From a virus (taxonomy: Duplodnaviria > Caudoviricetes): a stretch of DNA of 64,000 nucleotides. A program made the translations under genes and the position numbers. This document shows, in pieces, positions 19,671 to 28,437 of this stretch. The stretch is from positions 42,381 through 106,380 of the IMG/VR virus record IMGVR_UViG_3300014205_000187; one strand, given 5' to 3'. The notes beneath the pieces are model-generated. The model was not told the origin of the DNA. It ran no database searches and saw nothing but the letters and a program-made list of their open reading frames with translations. The stretch's first letter is position 1. Each line of letters begins with the position of its first letter.

Positions 19671-20579
19671 ATGCGTTATTGGATGCTCGTAATACTCTTG
19701 TGTTTTGCTATGCCTGCAATAGGAACACTTGATAAATTGCCTAAGTCGCATGATGCTCATGTAGCTGTAATCACCAAAGAAAAAAGTCGTGTGCCTGAAG
19801 AGCCTGATTGGTCTACCAGATCGGGCACAATCAAATACGCTCTTACTCAAAAAGACAATACCAGGCTGACCCTGGACGCTGTGACAGTTTCAAGTATCTA
19901 CAAAGAGCCTCAAAGCTATTTTGTGATTCGAGACTGGTATATAAATAGTCCTCCTATAATTGTTAATCTGACTGCGCCTGTCAAACTTTTACCTGGACAA
20001 ACCATCGACATTACAGGCACCCTTAAAACACTGTCTGATGGACGAAAGATACTTGAGTACCCAACTATCTTAGGTTATACAGATCGAAAAGGTGTTCTAT
20101 TAACTCATGGTGGGCCTTTAACAAAAGGCACATGGGCTATGACTCCTTGGCCGTATAAACAGCAATTAGCTTCTGTAAGCGTTCCAAAAATACCAGTAAG
20201 TAGTGGAGTGGCCGCTTACAGAGCCCCAGAAACCCTAAAAACAGCCACCATGCCTATCGAAGATATAAAAACGTATGATACTGTGGCAGAATTACTTAAA
20301 GCTGCACCACCTGAAGGTCAATGGATTCGATTAAGAAATAGAGGAGTATACACTTCAGCCTCCGATGATTTAGGTCATTATGTAGTCGCTACCGATGAAA
20401 AAGAAGATGACAAAATGATCTTGATCTACACCACTACAAAACCTAAATCCAAAATGTCAAAACTGGCCCGTGTCATAGGAAAGATTCATCTCATAAAGGA
20501 TATACGAGTAATCGTTACAGACACCGGACCGAGTTTTGATGCTCAATTAGGAACCGGCTCAGTATGGGTCATAGACTAA
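19671..20579 (+). CDS. secreted OB-fold-like protein
   Basis: AAGGAGG RBS; signal peptide MRYWMLVILLCFAMPA; OB-like PGQTIDITGTL. Confidence 0.6.
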   Translation: MRYWMLVILLCFAMPAIGTLDKLPKSHDAHVAVITKEKSRVPEEPDWSTRSGTIKYALTQKDNTRLTLDAVTVSSIYKEPQSYFVIRDWYINSPPIIVNLTAPVKLLPGQTIDITGTLKTLSDGRKILEYPTILGYTDRKGVLLTHGGPLTKGTWAMTPWPYKQQLASVSVPKIPVSSGVAAYRAPETLKTATMPIEDIKTYDTVAELLKAAPPEGQWIRLRNRGVYTSASDDLGHYVVATDEKEDDKMILIYTTTKPKSKMSKLARVIGKIHLIKDIRVIVTDTGPSFDAQLGTGSVWVID

Positions 20580-20589
20580 GGAGGCTTTC

Positions 20590-21711
20590 ATGCGAAGATT
20601 AACATATCTACTACTCCCTTTACTTATTCTGTGTAGTCTGGCTTCTTATGCACAGTTTGAGTCTCCTCCTGGTGGAGGTGGAGACCCGTTTCCAAATACT
20701 CCTCCTGAAACACATTCAATAAATTGGGCGAAGACAATAGCCGATGGCACAGCTTTACCCGATACTGTTTCAGATAAAGTTGTCACGCGCACATATCCAG
20801 GTTGGAGTTATTTTTATATATCTGAACCTGGCAGAAGTAGTGGTATTCGCGTTGAATCCCCCGCATGTCCTGACCCTGGAGACACGATAACTATTGTCTC
20901 GGGCACAATGGCTTCTGCTGGGGATGAACGCTATATTGCTTCAGCTTCTTATACCATCACTTCTCATAATACGTTTCTCAAACCTCTTGGGATGACCAAT
21001 AAAACATTCGGAGGGGGAGACTTTTTATACGACCCAGGCCCTCCTATAACTGGTCAAAAAGGTTTCTGGGATGGCTCTGGTCTAAATAACACAGGCAACC
21101 TTGTCAGAGTATACGGCAGAGTCACCGAGATAGATGCCCGTCCAATTCCTCTTTACTGCTTCATTGATGATGGCTCCGGCGTAGACATGGCTATAGACCT
21201 GGAAGTATCTCCAGGGCAAGCTATTCCTTTCACTTATCAAGTTGGAGATTATATCGCTGGAATAAATGGTATAAGCTCTATCATCACTGTAGATGATTGG
21301 ATGGTTAGAACCTTAAAACCTTCAGCTCCTACTGTGGTTTTAGCCAAAAATGTAGGACAAGCAGACCCCGCACATAAAAAACCAATTAAGTTTACAGCCA
21401 ATTTCAGTGAACCTGTTACAGGTTTCACTAATACCGATGTACATTTATCTGGAACAGCGCAACCAACATCATGCACTGTAACAGACAATGGAGATCACAA
21501 AACTTACATAATCGAAGTATCTATTGCCAAACAAAATGGCACAGTAGTTATTCAGGTTCTTTATGGAGCTGCCACAGGAGTAGACAATAATCTAAGTTTG
21601 GCTGCTCCAATGAACAGTTCGCTTACCTATCAGGGTTACATTCCTTTTCGTGTTATCAATAAAAGATTAGGCGTAGGGACAGGTAGATACCAACGAAAAC
21701 CGCTAAAATAG
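20590..21711 (+). CDS. secreted protein with Armatimonadota-type surface domain and Ig-like domain
   Basis: Signal peptide; KVVT..YFYISEPGRSSGIRV..PLGMTN..GGGD..GLNNTGNLVRVYGRVT..IDDGSG; Ig-like FSEPVTGF. Confidence 0.65.
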   Translation: MRRLTYLLLPLLILCSLASYAQFESPPGGGGDPFPNTPPETHSINWAKTIADGTALPDTVSDKVVTRTYPGWSYFYISEPGRSSGIRVESPACPDPGDTITIVSGTMASAGDERYIASASYTITSHNTFLKPLGMTNKTFGGGDFLYDPGPPITGQKGFWDGSGLNNTGNLVRVYGRVTEIDARPIPLYCFIDDGSGVDMAIDLEVSPGQAIPFTYQVGDYIAGINGISSIITVDDWMVRTLKPSAPTVVLAKNVGQADPAHKKPIKFTANFSEPVTGFTNTDVHLSGTAQPTSCTVTDNGDHKTYIIEVSIAKQNGTVVIQVLYGAATGVDNNLSLAAPMNSSLTYQGYIPFRVINKRLGVGTGRYQRKPLK

Positions 21712-21729
21712 ACTGAGAGGTAATAACTG

Positions 21730-22818
21730 ATGACTTCTATACAAGGTCAAATATCCTGGCTACCTGGTCTTCTACAAAGCAGTGAAGATGGTTCTGGACT
21801 AACAGGGGTGCTTTATAATGCGTCAGGTCTTGTAATTACATACCAAAAATTAGACGGCCCGGTAGTAACCAAAACTTTAACGGCTGAGGATTGGGTTGAA
21901 GGTATTGACGGTTCGTATAGTATTAAGTTTTCAGCAGCAGAACTTGATACTTTAGGGCTTTTTAGCTATTGGATGGAATATCCCACCTCAACTACATACC
22001 CAGGAGCCGTTACAGTTATCGTTCCTATCCCTACGGATGTGGCAACAGAAACCGCTCTTGATGCCGTAAAAACAGTCGTAGACGCTCTTCCGACTGATGT
22101 AGCCTCATCTGGGTCTGTAGCTGCTGTAAAAGCTGTTGTAGATGCACTCCCAACTGATGTAGCCACAGGAACCGCTTTATCTTCAGTAGGCAATACTGTA
22201 AACGATATAAAAACGGCTGTGGACGCTCTGCCAACAGAAGTAACCGTAAACCCAACACCTGTAAATGTGAATGCCGGAGCCGGTTTTTCCATGAACGCTA
22301 CTCAGCGACAAATCACATGGCTCCCTGTTCGATTGACAAAAAGCGCAGACAATACCGGATTAACAGGTATCACTTTCGATTCTATAACTGTGACCTATCA
22401 AAAATCTGGTGGGGCAATAACTACAAAAATCATCGCTGTTACAGACTGGTCAGAAGGCACCGATGGTTCTTATAGTATTCGGTTTACATCTGATGAACTT
22501 GACACCCGAGGACTTTTCCAATACTGGGTCGCTCAAGCAGCGGCTCCCACGTACGCGGGTGTGGCTCAAGTAACCGAAGCCAATTCTGGTCCAGGATTTA
22601 CAGAGCGCACAGCTCGAATACTCATCAACAATCAGCCTATCGAAGGTGCTGAAGTCTGGATTACCACAGATGCAGCCGGACTTGATATAATTGCTGGAGT
22701 CAAACGAACCAATGTCTTAGGCATCGTGGCATTCAATCTGGATGCCGGTACATACTGGATTTGGTGGCGCAAAGCTAGAGTCCTTCAAGACAACAAACAA
22801 GCATGGACGGTAGCATAA
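21730..22818 (+). CDS. putative virion/neck decoration protein with duplicated domain
   Basis: Two copies of GLTG..TYQK..DWxEGxDGSYSIxF..ELDTxGLFxYW separated by PTDVA..VDAL repeats. Confidence 0.55.
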   Translation: MTSIQGQISWLPGLLQSSEDGSGLTGVLYNASGLVITYQKLDGPVVTKTLTAEDWVEGIDGSYSIKFSAAELDTLGLFSYWMEYPTSTTYPGAVTVIVPIPTDVATETALDAVKTVVDALPTDVASSGSVAAVKAVVDALPTDVATGTALSSVGNTVNDIKTAVDALPTEVTVNPTPVNVNAGAGFSMNATQRQITWLPVRLTKSADNTGLTGITFDSITVTYQKSGGAITTKIIAVTDWSEGTDGSYSIRFTSDELDTRGLFQYWVAQAAAPTYAGVAQVTEANSGPGFTERTARILINNQPIEGAEVWITTDAAGLDIIAGVKRTNVLGIVAFNLDAGTYWIWWRKARVLQDNKQAWTVA

Positions 22819-22819
22819 A

Positions 22820-23599
22820 ATGACAGACTTAGATATTAACGGTCAATCAGTAGCAACGACCGGCGTAACAATCGCAGATGTAAAAGAAGAGTTGGAACGC
22901 CGTAAGTTTCCTTCTATTCTGACAACTGATGATTATGTCGGAATCCTTAATGCTGCCCTACGAGAATTGAATAGGTATTCACCTATGTCAAAGTTCGTAG
23001 GATTTACGACTGTAACGAACATTCAGGACTATTACATATTTGACCCCGCCAATGCAACTACTTTAGGAGTGGCTGCCGGAGCTTTAGACGTTGTTGATGT
23101 ATGGTGGTCTCCAGGAGGAGACTGGTCGAGTTTGAACATCTATTCTCCAGGCTGGATAATGTTGGCTCAAATGGTGGTATTCACAGGTTCATTCTTCCAT
23201 CAACCGAGTCAAATGATGACGTTGAGACAAAAACTCGACAGTTGGAAAACACAGTTTGGCTCTCAAGGTTTCGATGTCATTGGCCCTGTAGGAGCTGCCA
23301 CATCGATTCTTAGACTATACCCTGTGCCAAAATCTGAAGCCAATGTCATTGTAGAATGCAGAATGCCATATACCCTGGTCGATATAATAGACAGCGTAAA
23401 CGACATCTTTATGCAGTGGGTTGAGTACTACACGTCCGATGCTTTGGCTAATCTATACGCTACAACAGCAGGAGTAGACTTGCTCAACTTTGCTGACAGT
23501 AAAGAAGCCATGAAATACTGGGAAGGTAAAGCTCAACGATACTATACTCGTGCTTTGAACTCTCAAGCAGGTATGCAGGGTCAGGTAATGCGAGGATAA
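22820..23599 (+). CDS. putative head-tail adaptor/neck protein
   Basis: Position and LRLYPVP motif. Confidence 0.5.
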   Translation: MTDLDINGQSVATTGVTIADVKEELERRKFPSILTTDDYVGILNAALRELNRYSPMSKFVGFTTVTNIQDYYIFDPANATTLGVAAGALDVVDVWWSPGGDWSSLNIYSPGWIMLAQMVVFTGSFFHQPSQMMTLRQKLDSWKTQFGSQGFDVIGPVGAATSILRLYPVPKSEANVIVECRMPYTLVDIIDSVNDIFMQWVEYYTSDALANLYATTAGVDLLNFADSKEAMKYWEGKAQRYYTRALNSQAGMQGQVMRG

Positions 23600-23600
23600 T

Positions 23601-24059
23601 ATGCAGCCAGGCAGCAAAGAAGCCATATTTAGAGCCAGAGTGCTTGAAATACTTGGGGCACTTGCTTTACAGTGGCCGTCTCTTTCGGTCACTGTTGATT
23701 TGTGGCGTCCAATGGTAATAAGCCATACGGCTGACGAGTATTCTGATGCCACGGTTGAACGCTGGATTCGTCTCGGAGAGTCTGTTCCAGCGTTCTTTGT
23801 TGAAAGTCAAGAACGCTGGTTTGAAAAAGATGTCGGTATTATCCGAGAAAATCAAAATTGGGTTATTATACCTGGTGGTTATGAGTTAGAGCCGGACGAC
23901 CATATAATCTTAAAAGGACGCCCTTGGATGGTTATTAAAGCAGCCGAACAAGCAGGTATATCTAAAATACAGGTAGACTTGCAAAAAAGTAGATTTGTGG
24001 CTCCGGCCAGAACTGAAGCTGTAAATCGTTTACTCGGAATAAAGGTATTGATCGCATAA
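23601..24059 (+). CDS. putative head-closure protein
   Basis: Position and size; ELEPDDHIILKGRPWMV is stopper-like. Confidence 0.45.
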   Translation: MQPGSKEAIFRARVLEILGALALQWPSLSVTVDLWRPMVISHTADEYSDATVERWIRLGESVPAFFVESQERWFEKDVGIIRENQNWVIIPGGYELEPDDHIILKGRPWMVIKAAEQAGISKIQVDLQKSRFVAPARTEAVNRLLGIKVLIA

Positions 24060-24553
24060 TGCCCGGCGCACAAGTCCGAATCAATGTCAAATGGAATAAA
24101 CTTTCAATGGCTCATGTGCTTCAGCAAATCGAAGAAGGGGCTGTTGCTACTCTTGCTCAGGTTAGACCAGAAGTTGAAGAGATAATTAAAAAGTCATTTG
24201 GTACGGAGTATTATACGCTTAAACAATTGGCTCAAATGGGGTATCCTTATTCGGATAGACATGGAACTGGACGCCCTGGAGGTCTTCCTGCTGGCGTAGT
24301 TAATAGACACAAAGGCGAGTTTTATCAAGGATTCAAAATCAGATTAACCAAGACCGAAAAACGAGTAGGTCTTTATGTCACCTTGGAAGGTGGTAGAGCT
24401 GAAGAACTTGGAGAAAAGCTCTTACACGGAGACCCAGAGCATCACATGATGGGTAGACCGTGGGATACTCATTTACGAAAACAGCTTGGAACCTTGCGTC
24501 CTGTCATAGAACAACTGGCAGGAAAATATCTAAGAATACGAGTTAAAATCTGA
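24059..24553 (+). CDS. putative tail-completion (HK97 gp10-like) protein
   Basis: Position; basic protein with HGD..MMGRPW motif. Confidence 0.5.
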   Translation: MPGAQVRINVKWNKLSMAHVLQQIEEGAVATLAQVRPEVEEIIKKSFGTEYYTLKQLAQMGYPYSDRHGTGRPGGLPAGVVNRHKGEFYQGFKIRLTKTEKRVGLYVTLEGGRAEELGEKLLHGDPEHHMMGRPWDTHLRKQLGTLRPVIEQLAGKYLRIRVKI

Positions 24554-25731
24554 TGGCTAATATAGTTGCGGCTAAAACAGGAAATTGGTCAGACCCTACC
24601 GTGTGGGTAGGAGGCGTACTGCCTGGAGCCAATGATATTGCTATAACCGATAATTATACAATCACAATAGATCAAAATGTCACATGCACAAAGTTAAGCA
24701 ATGAGGCTGTTAGTGGTCATGGTTCTGGACATTATGAGCTTGTAGGCACTATGGATTGTGTAATAAACGCCATTATTGAAAGTTATCCTGCGGCTGGAGT
24801 ATGTTTACAGATTTACAGTGCCGGTCTTACGACTATCAATGGAAATTGTCTTAATCAAGCCGTTCGGGTAAATGCTGCTTTGGCTGTTGTAGTAGTTAAT
24901 GGTAATGTTATTGGTGGTATAAATCTCAGACATTATGGCATATCCGCTACACAAGGCCAACTTACTGTAAATGGGTATGCTAAAGGAGGTACAGGTCTTG
25001 AGGCTGTAGGAGTCTACAATTTAACAAGTAAAGTTTATGTAGAACGTGCTATAGGAAATGATTATGGGCCTGGAGGTATCAATTCTTCTGCTGTTGGAGT
25101 ATCTGGAAATGGAGGAATAACAGCCAGTATAGAAACATTCGTTAAGTATCTTCAATGGGGAACCTATGGGATGTGTCCTGTTTCTGGAACTATAAAAATG
25201 GTAAGAGATGATACCAACGAAGCTCTTTTAAGAGACAGCACTGATGGCAGTGAGATAGCTCTTACAGTGGCTTCAACTACACCTGAACCAGAGCCTACAC
25301 CAACTCCGACTCCTGATACATCTGGGTCTAATCTGATAAGCTCGTTCTTTAATTATATCAGAGGTAAAATAGCTCTGGCTTCATGGTTCACAGATCAAGG
25401 ATTCACGAACCAGACTGTTTATCGACAGTTTTTACCCCAAGTCAAAGACCCCAATTTTCCTTGTATCACTTTCGGTTTAGACCCTGAAAAACGAGAAGTT
25501 TTTGCTACTATCGATGATACTACCCTTTACATCGGAGTGCATACAAAAACATTCACTGCAACCGAGTTTGTGGCTAACAGTATTAAAGACCTGCTCCATA
25601 AACACCAGTACTCAGATGATAACCTAATTATCTATAAATGTCTGTTTACTGGGGGTTCCCCTATGCCTATGTTTGATAAGGCTCTCAACATCTGGGAAGT
25701 TGTCCTGGAGTTTGAGTGCTCTGTCGGGTGA
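24553..25731 (+). CDS. putative tail terminator fused to an N-terminal beta-rich domain through a Pro/Thr linker
   Basis: TGNWSDPTVW start, Gly/Asn beta repeats, PEPEPTPTPTP linker, about 130-aa C-terminal domain (FPCITF..IKDLLH) just before the tail tube gene. Confidence 0.55.
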   Translation: MANIVAAKTGNWSDPTVWVGGVLPGANDIAITDNYTITIDQNVTCTKLSNEAVSGHGSGHYELVGTMDCVINAIIESYPAAGVCLQIYSAGLTTINGNCLNQAVRVNAALAVVVVNGNVIGGINLRHYGISATQGQLTVNGYAKGGTGLEAVGVYNLTSKVYVERAIGNDYGPGGINSSAVGVSGNGGITASIETFVKYLQWGTYGMCPVSGTIKMVRDDTNEALLRDSTDGSEIALTVASTTPEPEPTPTPTPDTSGSNLISSFFNYIRGKIALASWFTDQGFTNQTVYRQFLPQVKDPNFPCITFGLDPEKREVFATIDDTTLYIGVHTKTFTATEFVANSIKDLLHKHQYSDDNLIIYKCLFTGGSPMPMFDKALNIWEVVLEFECSVG

Positions 25732-25900
25732 TTATTCTCCCGGATAAATCCGAGAGCTTCTAGGCTTTCACCAAAGACTGTAATCCCAGTCTTAGAATGT
25801 TAATTGCGGCGTTGGTGTCTCTGTCTAAAGACAACCCACAATTAGGACAAAAATGCCACCTCTCTTTAAGAGGTTTTTTAGCTCTAAAACCACAAGCTGA
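25708..25900 (-). ncRNA. predicted TnpB omega/reRNA (scaffold in tnpB 3' end and right end; guide CCGACAGAGCACTCAAACTC)
   Basis: Established TnpB reRNA architecture; 5' boundary is only approximate. Confidence 0.6.
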
Positions 25901-26857
25901 ACAATCTTGTGATGTGTAGGCTGGGTTCACACTTAGTAATATCCTACCGGCACTTTCAGCCTTGTTAGTTAATACTGAGCGGAATTGAGTCCAACTTGCA
26001 TCAGAAATCGATTTAGCTAAACAACGATTCAAAAGCATATTTTTAGTGTTGAGTTTTTCGACTATCAAAACATCATTTTCATTAACTAACTTTCGAGAAA
26101 GTTGATGAACAAAATTATGTCTACGATTTCTAATTCGTTCATGCACACGAGATATTACTTTTTTTGCTCTGCATCTCTCTTTAGAACCTTTAGGCTGCTT
26201 GAAAAGTTTTCTTTGACTTTTGGCGAGAGCCTTTTCTTCCTTGCGAAAAAATCTTGGATTATCAATAAACACGCCATCAGAGAGTGCAGCAAACTTTTCA
26301 AGTCCTACATCTATTCCAATAGATTTGCTTGTTAGTGGCAGAATCGCAGGTTCAACCTCACAAACAAAACAGACAAACCATTTGTTATTCTGTCTTCTGA
26401 TGGTGCAGGTCTTGACAATCCCGGTAATAGGTCGATGCAGTTTAATCTTAACACTACCAATCTTGGAGAGCTTGATCTTATTCTCAGAAACAGACCAACC
26501 AGATTGAGGATAAGTAAAAGAATCATACCAGTCTCGTCCTTTGAGTCTGGGATACCCAGGATTCTCTCCTGCTTTAACTCGGCGAAAAAATGCTTTGAAA
26601 GCAAGATCAACTCGCACGGCGACATTTTGAAGAACCTGAGAATGAACACTCTGAAGTTTTGTCCATGTTCCTCTAAATATCTGGAGCTTTCGTGCTTGAG
26701 CATAATAAGTAAGTCCTTTGCCCGAAAACTCATAAGTATCTTGTCTATCTGCAAGCATCCAGTTATACACATGACGGCATACATCCAGAGTTTGCTCGAA
26801 AGAACTAATCTGAGTCTTAGTCGGATATAGCCTATATTTTAAGCAAACTGTTTGCAT
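25760..26857 (-). CDS. tnpB: RNA-guided endonuclease TnpB (365 aa)
   Basis: KYRLYPT, GYPRLK, RuvC IGIDVG / IVEKL / DRDTNAAINI all intact, zinc ribbon CSAC..CPNC. Start at MQTV (26857). Confidence 0.95.
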   Translation of the reverse strand: MQTVCLKYRLYPTKTQISSFEQTLDVCRHVYNWMLADRQDTYEFSGKGLTYYAQARKLQIFRGTWTKLQSVHSQVLQNVAVRVDLAFKAFFRRVKAGENPGYPRLKGRDWYDSFTYPQSGWSVSENKIKLSKIGSVKIKLHRPITGIVKTCTIRRQNNKWFVCFVCEVEPAILPLTSKSIGIDVGLEKFAALSDGVFIDNPRFFRKEEKALAKSQRKLFKQPKGSKERCRAKKVISRVHERIRNRRHNFVHQLSRKLVNENDVLIVEKLNTKNMLLNRCLAKSISDASWTQFRSVLTNKAESAGRILLSVNPAYTSQDCSACGFRAKKPLKERWHFCPNCGLSLDRDTNAAINILRLGLQSLVKA

Positions 26858-26863
26858 ACAAAT

Positions 26864-26892
26864 AGTGTAACAAGTAATTGCTAAAAATGCAA
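26864..26892 (-). promoter_or_regulatory. tnpB promoter giving a leaderless mRNA
   Basis: TTGCAT-N17-TACACT, ending 6 nt before the ATG. Confidence 0.6.
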
Positions 26893-26995
26893 GAAAAGAA
26901 TAAATCTTTCTAAGTGGACAGGTATTCAGGTCTCCAATAATGTAAGCTAGTATCAGGCATACATTCGAGACTTTAACGAAAGGGGACACACGACG

Positions 26996-27595
26996 ATGCC
27001 GATTCAAAATAAAAACAACATCCACTTGGGTCTCGGCAATCTTGAGTTGGGAGTATACACGAACGATGTATTCTCCACTTATGAAGATGTCGGTGCTATC
27101 AAATCCGAACTCAATATCACTCACACCAGAGAGGTATTGGACTTCGAGAGTGGTCGTCCTCTGGTAACTATCCTCCAGGAAGTCATTCGAGAAAGAGTCG
27201 TCGTCACCGGCACTCTTGCAGAACTGACAGTGGCATCGCTGAAGATGGCTCTAGGCCAGGGTAACATCACAAGCGGCACCATTCCAACATTCCTTGATGG
27301 TTCCAGCACGGCCCTGAGTGGCACTCTGGCGGCAGGATTGACCGCCGTGGTGAGTGGCAACCTGCTCAAGTTTGGTGGAACTCCCACACACGCTTACGTG
27401 GGTCTGCGATTTACTCACGTCAAAGCAAACGGCAAGAGACACATCTTTGAAGGCTACAAAGCCAGTCCCAACGGAGACCTGGCTCTGCCGTTTAGAGAAG
27501 CTGACTGGAACCTATATCAGGTCAGTTTCCGCTTGCTGGCTGACACAACCAAAGCGGCTGGAGAACAGTATTACCAGTTCCTCATCGAACAGTAA
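26996..27595 (+). CDS. major tail tube protein
   Basis: IHLGLGNL..DVGAI, TGTLAELT..LKMALG, FRLLAD; precedes chaperone and tape measure genes. Confidence 0.8.
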   Translation: MPIQNKNNIHLGLGNLELGVYTNDVFSTYEDVGAIKSELNITHTREVLDFESGRPLVTILQEVIRERVVVTGTLAELTVASLKMALGQGNITSGTIPTFLDGSSTALSGTLAAGLTAVVSGNLLKFGGTPTHAYVGLRFTHVKANGKRHIFEGYKASPNGDLALPFREADWNLYQVSFRLLADTTKAAGEQYYQFLIEQ

Positions 27596-27625
27596 AGTTG
27601 CAGCACAGCAAATCTTCATGGTAGT

Positions 27626-27661
27626 ATGTAGCTGGTAGACAGGTAATTCTACCAGCTACAT
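27626..27661 (+). terminator. 14-bp hairpin after tail tube gene, containing the 16-bp operator motif
   Basis: ATGTAGCTGGTAGA-N8-TCTACCAGCTACAT; includes CAGGTAATTCTACCAG. Confidence 0.65.
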
Positions 27662-27688
27662 CTATTTTAAGGAGGCAACAAAAACATT

Positions 27689-28195
27689 ATGGGAGCTAGT
27701 GAGTTTAAGTGGGATGATAATGCTTTAATCCCGGACAGTGTGGAAGTGACTTTCCAAAGCAAGGATGATGACAAGTTCAAGAAAGAGAAAGTCACATTTT
27801 ACGAGTTCCCCCGGCTGACTCTCGTTGAGTTTGTCACAGAGTCGATGGATAAGAAGTTCATCGAGATCGATGCAGAAACAGGTCAGCCCAAAAGAGATGA
27901 AAATGACATCATCATTCGGCGTCCATTCGGAGACGTAGCTGACGAACAAGCCGAGCTGCTTTTCAAGTATCTCGCAAAAGCCAGTAGAGATGTCAAAGAC
28001 ATCGGGTTCTTTAGAGACCTGGACCTCACATCGAAAGGCATGTATGCTCTCGTAGACATGCTTTTGTCGATAAACCATCTCAATGAAATCCTGGCAACAG
28101 GGGGAAACTGGTTGATGCTTCCGACTGTGAGAGAGATGTTGTCGGGAGCGGAAAAAGTCGTATCAGAATCCCAAAAACCGACTTTGCAAGCATAG
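27689..28195 (+). CDS. tail assembly chaperone (gpG-like)
   Basis: Between tail tube and tape measure; contains an in-frame slippery site. Confidence 0.8.
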   Translation: MGASEFKWDDNALIPDSVEVTFQSKDDDKFKKEKVTFYEFPRLTLVEFVTESMDKKFIEIDAETGQPKRDENDIIIRRPFGDVADEQAELLFKYLAKASRDVKDIGFFRDLDLTSKGMYALVDMLLSINHLNEILATGGNWLMLPTVREMLSGAEKVVSESQKPTLQA

Positions 28196-28434
28196 TTGAA
28201 ACCCTTACAGATCGAGGTTGGAGTGTTGAATATACTCTTACCTTAACGTGGAGACAGACATCTCTCCTTTGGGAGCGTTATTGGGAACGCAAGGTCTGGG
28301 ACATCGAAGTTGCTATAATAACCAATCCTCTGGCTGGTGGAGGAAGTGAAGAAAACGAACCAGCAATAGATGCAACGACAGATGATGGATTAGCGATGAT
28401 GGAAAGCTCAGGGCTGCCCGTCAAGAGGATATAA
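28102..28434 (+). other. -1 programmed frameshift (G GGA AAC) and gpGT-like extension
   Basis: Heptamer at 28102-28108; the -1 frame is open to TAA 28432-28434, 3 nt before the tape measure start. Confidence 0.8.
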
Positions 28435-28437
28435 ACT

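Larger units (their letters stand above)
25728..26909 (-). mobile_element. non-autonomous IS200/IS605-family (IS1341-like) tnpB-only element
   Basis: Right end GAAGCTCTCGGATTTATCCGGGAGAATAATCAC (hairpin plus TCAC). Left boundary inferred because joining 25727 to 26910 restores GGC TAA in the upstream gene. No tnpA in the window. Confidence 0.8.

Noticed and set aside
25760-26857. Nuclease-dead TnpB (TldR-type repressor) or Cas12f
   Set aside because: All three RuvC acidic residues are present, there is no CRISPR array, and I saw no second match to the guide in the window.
26858-27124. 89-aa N-terminal extension of TnpB in the ORF track
   Set aside because: It overlaps the tail tube gene antisense; TnpB homology and a promoter point to ATG 26857.
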